Virus record (IMG/VR): IMGVR_UViG_3300037483_000246
Coordinates: 1-51,702 of that record
Strand: one strand, 5' to 3'
From: a virus
Lineage: Duplodnaviria > Caudoviricetes
Length of the DNA: 51,702 bases
The translations under genes were made by a program, and so were the position numbers. Positions 44,874-51,702 of the stretch are shown piece by piece. Each line of letters starts with the position of its first letter. Position 1 is the stretch's first letter. The notes beneath the pieces were generated by a model that was not told where the DNA came from, did not search any database, and saw only the letters and a list, made by a program, of their open reading frames with translations.

Positions 44874-46994
44874 TTAATCCTTCCGGTATCTGTACGCCTC
44901 GAAGCCCGCAGCTGCAAGGGGCAGCCCCTCGGCCCACTCAGGCACCGTGGCCATGATCCCTGCAAGGCCATCGACGCTGTGATCCAGGTCGTCGGGCGCC
45001 TCGGTGATAAGCTCGTCGTGCACGGTGAGCACGACTTCGTAGCCTTGCCCCTCCGCTATCGGCATCGCGTGGGCCATGTTGTCGCGCGCTGAAGCCTGGC
45101 AGATGTTCTCGAACAACTTGCCGCCGTAGGTGCCCAGCCGTTGCCACTGGCGGGTGTACTGGTTCACACCCATGTAGCTGCAGCTGCCGCTGTCGTCCAC
45201 CTGCGGCTGCGGGTAGCACAAGAAGCGGCCCGAGGGGAGACGGATGCGCAGCCAGGCTCCATCCTTGCGGAATGCAACGCGGCGCACGAGGAACCACTCA
45301 CCCGGATGATTCACCGCGGAGATGAACCCCTGCTGCAGTTCCTTCCAATAGGAAGAGATAGCAGGGTGCGCTGCACGCCACAGAGACTTCAGCGAGTTGC
45401 ATACGACATAGACATCATCGGGCAGGCCATACGTCGTGCGGCGCTGCTTCAGCGTCCACTTCAGGAAGTCGCGAGACTCCTTCACCGTGTCTTCGGGGAG
45501 CAACGGCAGCGCCTTCGCAGCCATGTCGTCGAGGTCGATCCGGTAAGTCTCGGCACCCGTGACGAACGCACCGACACCGCCTTCGTATTGCAGCATGAGT
45601 TCCTGCACCTTACCGATCTGACGCATGGTGCCGTCGCCGTTCTTCTTGTTGTCGAGCACGACCGCGGGCGGCACGTTGAATGACTTGCTGTAGGCCATCA
45701 CGTAGTTGTCGAACTCGACAGCGCCGGAGTCGTAATCGCGGAAGTATTTCAGCTTCCACTCTTCCCCCGCGATCCAGGCGGCCTTACGGCCTTCGATGTT
45801 CGACAGGTCGGCGACGACCAGCTTGCGCCCTGGCGGCGCGATGATGCAGCCCCGCACGGCGTTCGAGATGACCTGCATCACGTCGTCGTAGAAGAACTCG
45901 CAGGCGTTCGACTTGATAACCTCGATGCCGAACTCGATGTCCTTCTGCTTCATGTCGGGACGCTTCAAGTTCTGCGGCTGGAACATGCGCCCTGACCAGC
46001 GCCCGGTACGCGCAGCACCATCGAACTGCAACAGGCCGCGCAGGCGCCCATCCTCGGACGTGCAGCGAAGCAGTGTGTTGTACTTGCTCACGCTCGTGGT
46101 GCTGGCCTGGAGGCGATTGGCCAGCAGTTCGCGCAGCGCCTCGGGCAGATCGGGATCGTTCAGCCGGCGCTCGATGGTGTCCATTTGGAGATCGGGCAGT
46201 GACACGCCGTAGGATTCCAGCAGGTGTTCGAGCAGCTTGTCGCGCTGCGTGGTGGCCTGGACGGCGCCTTCCGTCAGTACCTGCGCCCGTGATGCAAGTA
46301 CGTCTTTCGCTCGCTCTGCAGCAAGGACAGCGCCTCGCGCAAGGGCACGATCAACGGCCACGCCTCGCGCGTTGATTTTCTGGTCCAGAAGCCACAGGTA
46401 GTACTCGAAGCCGCGGTAGTTCCAGCGCGGGACTTTCCGGTAGACTTCACGCATCGAGGTGATGTCGGCCTTGGCGTATTCGATGAAGCGTTGCCACTCT
46501 TCGGGGTGCGTTTCACGGGTAGCTCTCCTAAGTTTCGTTTTCTTCGGTCGGGGTTTGCAGAACAGTTGAATTAGGGCCTTGCCTTCCTTGTGCTTCGCCT
46601 TGTCGGCACCGATGTTCAGCACGGCGCAGAGCGTGTCAAGAGAGCCGGGCAGCGAGTGTGCATACGCGCAGGCCATTGTGTCGAACACGCGCAAGTGCGG
46701 CAGCGGCGGGATGTCATACAGCTGGCCGACAGCGTTCAGCACCGTGAGGTCGAACATACCGCCGTTGTGCCATACCGTGCGGCGTTCTTGATCCTCCAGC
46801 GCTTCGCGCAAGTCGTCGGGCATCGGCTCGAAGGTCGTGAGGTCCCAGCACTTCGGCTCGCCTTCGCCTATGGCGTAGGGGAACAGCATGACTTCAGCTT
46901 CGGTGGCGTAGACGTGCGCGCCGCACTTCTTCAAGTCGATTGTCGAGAACGTCTCCAGGTCGGCGAAGAGTTCGTTGGTGATGGCGTGGCTCAT
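44874..46994 (-). CDS. polA: family A DNA polymerase with 3'-5' exonuclease
   Basis: DLET exo I, RTGRWSG..QPQNL, ADLSNIEGR (motif A), RQIGKVQEL (motif B), VHDE (motif C). Confidence 0.95.
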   Translation of the reverse strand: MSHAITNELFADLETFSTIDLKKCGAHVYATEAEVMLFPYAIGEGEPKCWDLTTFEPMPDDLREALEDQERRTVWHNGGMFDLTVLNAVGQLYDIPPLPHLRVFDTMACAYAHSLPGSLDTLCAVLNIGADKAKHKEGKALIQLFCKPRPKKTKLRRATRETHPEEWQRFIEYAKADITSMREVYRKVPRWNYRGFEYYLWLLDQKINARGVAVDRALARGAVLAAERAKDVLASRAQVLTEGAVQATTQRDKLLEHLLESYGVSLPDLQMDTIERRLNDPDLPEALRELLANRLQASTTSVSKYNTLLRCTSEDGRLRGLLQFDGAARTGRWSGRMFQPQNLKRPDMKQKDIEFGIEVIKSNACEFFYDDVMQVISNAVRGCIIAPPGRKLVVADLSNIEGRKAAWIAGEEWKLKYFRDYDSGAVEFDNYVMAYSKSFNVPPAVVLDNKKNGDGTMRQIGKVQELMLQYEGGVGAFVTGAETYRIDLDDMAAKALPLLPEDTVKESRDFLKWTLKQRRTTYGLPDDVYVVCNSLKSLWRAAHPAISSYWKELQQGFISAVNHPGEWFLVRRVAFRKDGAWLRIRLPSGRFLCYPQPQVDDSGSCSYMGVNQYTRQWQRLGTYGGKLFENICQASARDNMAHAMPIAEGQGYEVVLTVHDELITEAPDDLDHSVDGLAGIMATVPEWAEGLPLAAAGFEAYRYRKD

Positions 46995-47452
46995 TTGCGT
47001 TTTTGGGGAAACCCGGCCTTGCTCAATTCAGCCATCAGGTCGTTCAATGCTGGAAGTTGCTTGGTCTTTTCTGGAGGCTTCGGGATATACGCATCAAGCT
47101 CCGGTATGGCTGCGCGCATTTGACTATCGGTGGAGAACTGATAAACCACGTTCTTGACGTGCGCTCGAAGGTCTTTGCGTATCTTTTCGGATGCCTGATG
47201 ACGCAGCAGGATGGCTCTCAGTTCGTCGTGCGTTTTCCCCCCGGTGGGGAGGTAGTTAAACCCTGGGCAGTATTCAACTTTTACCCATCCGCGCGTTGTC
47301 TTGTCTTCCCAGAGCTTGCGGATTTTATCCGGCATCTTGGAAACGCAAACAGCGAGCGCATCCTTGTCGCGCTGGTCGCTTGAGTATTCATGCGGGGTAT
47401 TACCCATCACAGCGTTGACAATGGACTCTTTTAAGGCGTTCGTAAGCTTCAT
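46991..47452 (-). CDS. Nmad5-like (nucleotide-modification-associated) protein
   Basis: MKLT...KESIV start and L......ST..Q....PEL..YIP end; adjacent to the polymerase. Confidence 0.6.
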   Translation of the reverse strand: MKLTNALKESIVNAVMGNTPHEYSSDQRDKDALAVCVSKMPDKIRKLWEDKTTRGWVKVEYCPGFNYLPTGGKTHDELRAILLRHQASEKIRKDLRAHVKNVVYQFSTDSQMRAAIPELDAYIPKPPEKTKQLPALNDLMAELSKAGFPQKRK

Positions 47453-47478
47453 GTTCTTCCCCTAATAAAATTCGTTAT

Positions 47479-47619
47479 AAAGCCGTTGCCGGGATTACCT
47501 GCCTAATAACTTGCGGGCGGTGAGCAGGTTGCGTACGCGCTATTCCTTTGGCACTCTATTGAAACAAGATCACGAGGGATAGAGTGTTGAGCATCCCGGC
47601 CTTTATGTCGTGTGGCTTT
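47479..47619. ncRNA. multibranch structured element
   Basis: AAAGCC/GGCTTT, GCCGGGAT/ATCCCGGC, ACCTGC/GCAGGT and CACTCTAT/ATAGAGTG nested pairings. Confidence 0.55.
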
Positions 47620-47668
47620 TTCATTCGCACGTTGGTTGACGCTAGGAACACCGCCCCCTCTATGTGTT

Positions 47669-47744
47669 TGGTGCGAAGTACGTGCGGGACTCGAACCCGC
47701 GACCGCCCCTGTAGGGAACTCTACCAGCTGAGCTAACGCACTTC
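47669..47744 (-). tRNA. atypical tRNA-like RNA (collapsed anticodon arm, 9-bp acceptor stem, encoded CCA)
   Basis: GAAGTGCGT TA GCTC AGCTGGTA GAGT TCCC-TACA-GGGG CGGTC GCGGG TTCGAGT CCCGC ACGTACTTC GCACCA. Confidence 0.8.
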
Positions 47745-47748
47745 TTCA

Positions 47749-47874
47749 TGTTGGCACGGATTTCGCGCGCCGCGTGCCAACAGAGAGCGATCCTACAGTC
47801 TCGGACAAGCAGCTGGCAATTTTTCGTTTTGTCACAGCTGTCGAGCTTTGAAAGCAGGATCGCTTTCTGTTGGC
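47749..47874. ncRNA. overlapping long hairpins
   Basis: TGTTGGCACG/CGTGCCAACA (47749-47782) and GCCAACAGAGAGCGATCCT/AGGATCGCTTTCTGTTGGC (47776-47874). Confidence 0.6.
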
Positions 47875-47976
47875 CCTCGCCCGAAGGCGAGGACCTTGTT
47901 GGGAAGGTTAAGGGCAGCAACCCCACGCATCCAAGCAGAGCAGTGTTGGCCCTCGCCCGAAGGCGAGGACCTTGTT
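47868..47976 (-). repeat. two identical 33-nt hairpin repeats separated by a 43-nt spacer
   Basis: AACAAGGTCCTCGCC-TTCG-GGCGAGGGCCAACA at 47868-47900 and 47944-47976. Confidence 0.95.
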
Positions 47977-47978
47977 AC

Positions 47979-48563
47979 TTACGCCAGAGCTTCTTCGTCC
48001 GCTGGCGCACCCAGGTCTTCGAAGCCGGCAACACTCGGAGCGCTACCCGAGAAGGCGTCGCCGTCCTTCACGAACTGGATCACGGAGAAGGAGGCACGCA
48101 CGCCAGGGTTTTCACCGGACTGGCAGTAGATGCTGACCTTCGCTTTCACGTAGCAACCAGCATACGGCTTGCCGTCGTCCGCCGTCAGCGGCGATGTGTC
48201 GCGGTCGATGATCGCGGGGCGGGGGGCCGCACCACCGTTTCGCGTCTTCGCGTTGCGGTGAGCGGACAGAGCCATCATGCCGGCATAGCCTTCGTAGTCG
48301 CGCAAGTCGCCGCTGAGGTAGCAATACTGGTTCTTCTGGCCGGCGTATTCCTTCAGCTTCGAAGCTGCCTTGTCTTTCCACTCCGTTTCGGCGGCCTTCT
48401 TGATCGCGGCGTTGACCGCTTTGTCGGACGCGCTGCCCGGCTCGACCAGGATGGTAGCGTTCCAGCGCGGGCGGTCATCGCCGGGTTTGAACTCCACGGG
48501 GTCCCACAGATCGGGGAATGACAGGCGACCTTCGATGATGAAATCGGTTTCTGCTTGGGCCAT
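47979..48563 (-). CDS. ssDNA-binding/annealing protein (DUF2815-like)
   Basis: RLSFP, YAGCYV, NPGVRA....IQFVKDGDAF, acidic C-terminal tail. Confidence 0.9.
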   Translation of the reverse strand: MAQAETDFIIEGRLSFPDLWDPVEFKPGDDRPRWNATILVEPGSASDKAVNAAIKKAAETEWKDKAASKLKEYAGQKNQYCYLSGDLRDYEGYAGMMALSAHRNAKTRNGGAAPRPAIIDRDTSPLTADDGKPYAGCYVKAKVSIYCQSGENPGVRASFSVIQFVKDGDAFSGSAPSVAGFEDLGAPADEEALA

Positions 48564-48607
48564 GATGGCTCCTTTCTTTGGTTGATGAAACTGTTTAACG
48601 AGTGCTT

Positions 48608-48636
48608 AGTATAACCGATGCTAATCAGTCGGTCAA
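48608..48636 (-). promoter_or_regulatory. early promoter upstream of SSB
   Basis: TTGACC-17nt-TATACT with TTAGCA in the spacer. Confidence 0.75.
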
Positions 48637-49926
48637 GGGGGTGAAGCCATCGAGCGCAGGTTTTATTTCGATAGCCTGGCGTTTGTCCGACGCGGGCGCC
48701 ACGTTGAAGCCGCCATCTTTCTGCGTGATGATCTCCAACACCCTCGGCCACTTCTTGCCCTTGCCGAGCAGTTTCTCCGCGGTGGTGGGCGAGATGACAC
48801 TGAACTCGTACATCTCGTCGCGCTTCAGCTTGAGGTGTTTCAGCAGGTCTTCGGCTTCTTCTTTGCTGGTCCACGAGCGATTACCCTTGCGACCCTGCAC
48901 GAGCTTGTAGCCCGGCACGACATTGCCTTGGAGCAGCTGACTCTCCGCTTCGGCGCGCACTGCCTTGCACCAGCCTTCGATCAGATCGACCGCGTTGAGG
49001 TGCTTGGCAAGCAGATCGTTGTTCCCCTGATCGACCACCACCGGGAGGGCATCGAAGCCGCTCAGGTCTACCTGCAACTCTTCGGCGACGAAGGTATCGT
49101 ACTTCGGGCAGCGAGCCTTCGCACGACAGAAGCGGCAGCCGTCTTCGGACACGTGCAGGTAATTGTCCATCCACTCGTTGAAGCTCACGTGCTTCGTGTC
49201 GTGAAACGCGGCACTCGCTTCGTCGCAAACCTTCGACCCAGCGCGCACTTCATCCTCGAACTCGCGGAGTTCTTCGATGGTGCAGGACCACTCGCTCGGC
49301 AGGGTGCTGACGCGCGGCTGCAAGATTGCCATGCGCACGTGCCCGACTTTCTCCACGCCACCAACGAGGTCGTCGATCCAGCGGAGAGCGCCAGAGGCAT
49401 AGATGCGCATTTGTTTGTTCTCGATAGCCGACACCTCGACCCCGCGACCGTACTTCAGGTCCACAACGATCAGTTCGTCCTCCGCCAGGATCACCGCGTC
49501 GCTGGTCCCCGTGGCTTCTTCCTCTCCTGTGAGGTGGTCGATAGGCACACTCACCTCGACGAACAGCACGCCGCCGGAGGACTTCACCAGATCGCGCACG
49601 TAATCGACGTAGACCTGGACATATCGCGCCATGTCGTCGTCAACCGTGAACTGGTTCAACGTCTTAACTGCGGACGTATGCACTTTCTGGAATGCTTCGT
49701 AGTGGTTGCCTTCTACGTCTTCCAGCAGTTCGACCACCTTGCCGAGGTAGTGCGCCGCATCGGTGCCACTCTGCAGGCACGTAGCTCCCAAGAAGTGCGC
49801 CGCAGTGCCCTCGTCGGAATACTTACTGGACGGGTTCGGCTGTTTCTCCGACAGCTTGATACTGCCGGGGCAGACGCCCATCCAGCGCTCCGCCGAGGAG
49901 GGGGACTTAACGGCGTGCTTAGCCAT
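48625..49926 (-). CDS. DUF2800 (Cas4-like PD-(D/E)xK) exonuclease
   Basis: HA..SPSS..RW..CPGS, EGTAAH, GTSD, DLKYGRG, QMRIYA, CRFCRAK..C, GYKLVQGR; ATG 49926. Confidence 0.9.
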   Translation of the reverse strand: MAKHAVKSPSSAERWMGVCPGSIKLSEKQPNPSSKYSDEGTAAHFLGATCLQSGTDAAHYLGKVVELLEDVEGNHYEAFQKVHTSAVKTLNQFTVDDDMARYVQVYVDYVRDLVKSSGGVLFVEVSVPIDHLTGEEEATGTSDAVILAEDELIVVDLKYGRGVEVSAIENKQMRIYASGALRWIDDLVGGVEKVGHVRMAILQPRVSTLPSEWSCTIEELREFEDEVRAGSKVCDEASAAFHDTKHVSFNEWMDNYLHVSEDGCRFCRAKARCPKYDTFVAEELQVDLSGFDALPVVVDQGNNDLLAKHLNAVDLIEGWCKAVRAEAESQLLQGNVVPGYKLVQGRKGNRSWTSKEEAEDLLKHLKLKRDEMYEFSVISPTTAEKLLGKGKKWPRVLEIITQKDGGFNVAPASDKRQAIEIKPALDGFTPLTD

Positions 49927-50230
49927 GGAGCACCCCGCACTGGCCATCGAAGCCGCGTGCCAGGCGGCGCGCGACCTCGCGGGCGCCTTGGTGGGGGTTC
50001 CCCGTCACCCGGCTGCGGTGTGCCTTCGCGTGCTGCGCGTAACCGAAGCCGATGCGAGCGCGCGGGTGGTGGTGGCCGCCGTGGCCGCGAGACTTGTACT
50101 CGCCGATTTCGGCGATGGCCGCTTGCACGAGCGTGGGGGAAGGGGCGGACATCATCGCAGCAACCACCAGCCGATTGAACGCGATGGCGCGGCTGAATGG
50201 GCTGCCGTTGCCGAAGTATGCCTCAGCCAT
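49919..50230 (-). CDS. hypothetical protein
   Basis: GGAGG RBS; overlaps both neighbours; Y.SRG.G motif. Confidence 0.65.
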   Translation of the reverse strand: MAEAYFGNGSPFSRAIAFNRLVVAAMMSAPSPTLVQAAIAEIGEYKSRGHGGHHHPRARIGFGYAQHAKAHRSRVTGNPHQGAREVARRLARGFDGQCGVLHG

Positions 50231-50555
50231 TTGCGGCCTCCTTGATCTTGCCGGCCAGGTCGGCGTAGGTTTCGGGTTTGCCTTCGAAGCCCTTCAAGTT
50301 CGCCACGCCGAGATCAGCGAGCAGCTTTAGGGCAACGTCGCGCTTACTGTTCAGCAAGGCAAGGAACGGCTTGCGCACGTCGTCTTCGTAGCTGAGCTTC
50401 ACCTCGGTGGGTTCGTCCTTGGGCTTCTCAGCCTTCGGGGCTTCGGTGAGCGGCACGGGGGCACCAGTCGCCAAACCCGCAGTATGCTTCGACAGCAGTT
50501 CCACCAGCGACTTCAGCACTGCGGTATTCTCTTTGATTACGTCTTCGAGGGACAT
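50223..50555 (-). CDS. small helical protein upstream of DUF2800
   Basis: MSLE..I.ENT; Pro/Lys linker; C-terminal helical domain; AAGGAG RBS. Confidence 0.8.
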   Translation of the reverse strand: MSLEDVIKENTAVLKSLVELLSKHTAGLATGAPVPLTEAPKAEKPKDEPTEVKLSYEDDVRKPFLALLNSKRDVALKLLADLGVANLKGFEGKPETYADLAGKIKEAANG

Positions 50556-50585
50556 GCTTTTTCTCCTTCTTCGTGGTTGAAAAAT

Positions 50586-50843
50586 TTAGTCGAGGAACAG
50601 GTACGAGAGCGCGAATTTTTCCAGCTGCTCGTATTCGCCTTTGTCGAGGAGCAAGGTACCGGCGTCCAGCGCGAGCTGATCTACTCGCGAGATTGCAGGG
50701 GTATCCGGCAGCGGCGGAGCGCTACCCACTTGCGTATCCACGCTTTCGGTATTCTCGGCAGCGACCGGCGCAGGCCACGCAGCTTTTTCTTGACTCGCGG
50801 CAGCGGCTTCATTGAGTTCTTTCAGGGTGCTGATTGCGTGCAT
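50586..50843 (-). CDS. hypothetical protein
   Basis: AAGGAG RBS before MHAIST. Confidence 0.6.
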   Translation of the reverse strand: MHAISTLKELNEAAAASQEKAAWPAPVAAENTESVDTQVGSAPPLPDTPAISRVDQLALDAGTLLLDKGEYEQLEKFALSYLFLD

Positions 50844-51138
50844 GATGGTTCTCCTTTTTGAACAGGTTGGTGAAACGATCCCAGAGGGATTTCTTGCAGG
50901 GAAGCGGACGATAGGCTGGTGGCAGGTAGATGTCAAGAGCGCCGGTGATGTCCAACCCCAAAGCGTGCGACTCGCAAAAGAGAACTTTATGGATCGCTGC
51001 GGGGGACAACACTTTCCCCATTAAGTGCATGGTGAACTTGCGATCCGGCCCCGTCGCGGGCCACTCCATCTCCGCGTCGTTGGTAGACACGGAGACGACC
51101 GCCCTGGATGGAACATAGCAGAAGAGATACGTCTTCAT
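50809..51138 (-). CDS. hypothetical protein
   Basis: ATGA overlap with upstream gene. Confidence 0.6.
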   Translation of the reverse strand: MKTYLFCYVPSRAVVSVSTNDAEMEWPATGPDRKFTMHLMGKVLSPAAIHKVLFCESHALGLDITGALDIYLPPAYRPLPCKKSLWDRFTNLFKKENHHARNQHPERTQ

Positions 51139-51293
51139 TTCGCGATCCCTTTCAGCTTCAGCAGCGAGTCGAGGTTCTTGTATCCAGCCGTCGAGTCGGG
51201 CGGCGTTTTCGTTTGCGTCGCTTGGAAGTACCCGTCGGGGGATGTCCAGACGTTGTATCCGCCGACGGTCTTCAGGAAGGTCCAGTAGGTCAT
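51135..51293 (-). CDS. 52-aa hypothetical protein
   Basis: GGAGG RBS, ATGA overlap; start MTYWTF. Confidence 0.65.
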   Translation of the reverse strand: MTYWTFLKTVGGYNVWTSPDGYFQATQTKTPPDSTAGYKNLDSLLKLKGIAK

Positions 51294-51702
51294 GCCTCCA
51301 CGAGCCTTCCGGCGTCGTCCAACGTGTACCAAGTATCCGCCTTCACGCCGCGTGTGCCTGCGATCTTCGCAACGATCTTCAGTATTTTGCCTGTTTCTTC
51401 ACTACGCAGAACCAGAACAATCGCACTACCCTTGGACGCCTTTGCTTTGGAGCGATACCCTGTCGCGATAGCGACAGAATGCTTCCCAGACACCTCTGCG
51501 GCACTCTGGTCGCCGGTGTTCGTCGCGGCACTCCAGTCGCCGGTGTTCGTCGCGGCACTCCGGCGGCCGGTGTTCGTCGCGGCACTCCGGCGGCCGGTGT
51601 TCGTCGCGGCACTCCAGTAGCCGGTGTTCGTCGCGGCACTCTGGTCGCCGGTGTTCGTCGCGGCACTCTGGTCGCCGGTGTTCGTCGCGGCACTCCGGGC
51701 GC
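51290..51702 (-). CDS. C-terminal part of the DUF7666-like repeat protein
   Basis: TNTGxxSAA repeats in frame with ...SVAIATG..SKAKA..GSAIVL...GVKADTWYTL. Confidence 0.85.
   Translation of the reverse strand, partial: ARSAATNTGDQSAATNTGDQSAATNTGYWSAATNTGRRSAATNTGRRSAATNTGDWSAATNTGDQSAAEVSGKHSVAIATGYRSKAKASKGSAIVLVLRSEETGKILKIVAKIAGTRGVKADTWYTLDDAGRLVEA
51497..51702 (-). repeat. 27-nt tandem coding repeat (~7.5 units)
   Basis: Same unit as at the window start; variable pairs DQ, YW, RR, DW. Confidence 0.97.

Noticed and set aside
47669-47710. tRNA 3' half as attP
   Set aside because: No integrase recognised, and the element includes a paired 5' half rather than a 3' fragment only
47751-47767. 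sigma54-like TTGGCACG-N4-TCGC
   Set aside because: Imperfect -12 element, points antisense into SSB, and is explained as one arm of a hairpin
47868-47976. Bona fide CRISPR array with the DUF2800 Cas4-like gene as cas
   Set aside because: Only two repeats, no typical repeat terminus or leader, and DUF2800 is an ordinary member of this replication module
1-51702. Genome-wide stop-codon reassignment
   Set aside because: Conserved genes are full length in the standard code and end in TAG, TGA and TAA; no suppressor tRNA

Overview
Apparently complete, circularly permuted genome (~51.7 kb, GC-rich by eye) of a short-tailed dsDNA bacteriophage (podovirus-type). Both ends break inside the same 27-nt coding repeat. 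The + strand carries a Cro-like gene, a metallophosphoesterase, an HNH endonuclease, small Zn-finger genes and a prim-pol/AAA primase-helicase. It continues with the late region: terS, an Ntn-type protease, terL, portal, scaffold, capsid, tail tubes A/B, internal virion proteins including a 3609-aa multidomain protein, a beta-helix tailspike, a holin and an M15 endolysin. The - strand carries an early/replication arm (DUF2800 exonuclease, DUF2815 SSB, Nmad5-like protein, family A polymerase, VRR-NUC, SNF2 helicase, dATP/dGTP diphosphohydrolase) plus a lone HTH gene beside a phased repeat array. I recognised no integrase, RNA polymerase or reverse transcriptase. The most unusual element is a ~520-nt structured non-coding cluster (47460-47978) between SSB and polymerase. 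It holds a 76-nt CCA-ending tRNA mimic with a collapsed anticodon arm and extended acceptor stem, a repeat-spacer-repeat of UUCG hairpins, switchable long stems and a multibranch RNA. The giant virion protein also looks like a polyprotein of effector domains separated by recurring hydrophobic-x-Q linkers. All family assignments are from motif recognition by eye, not database searches.
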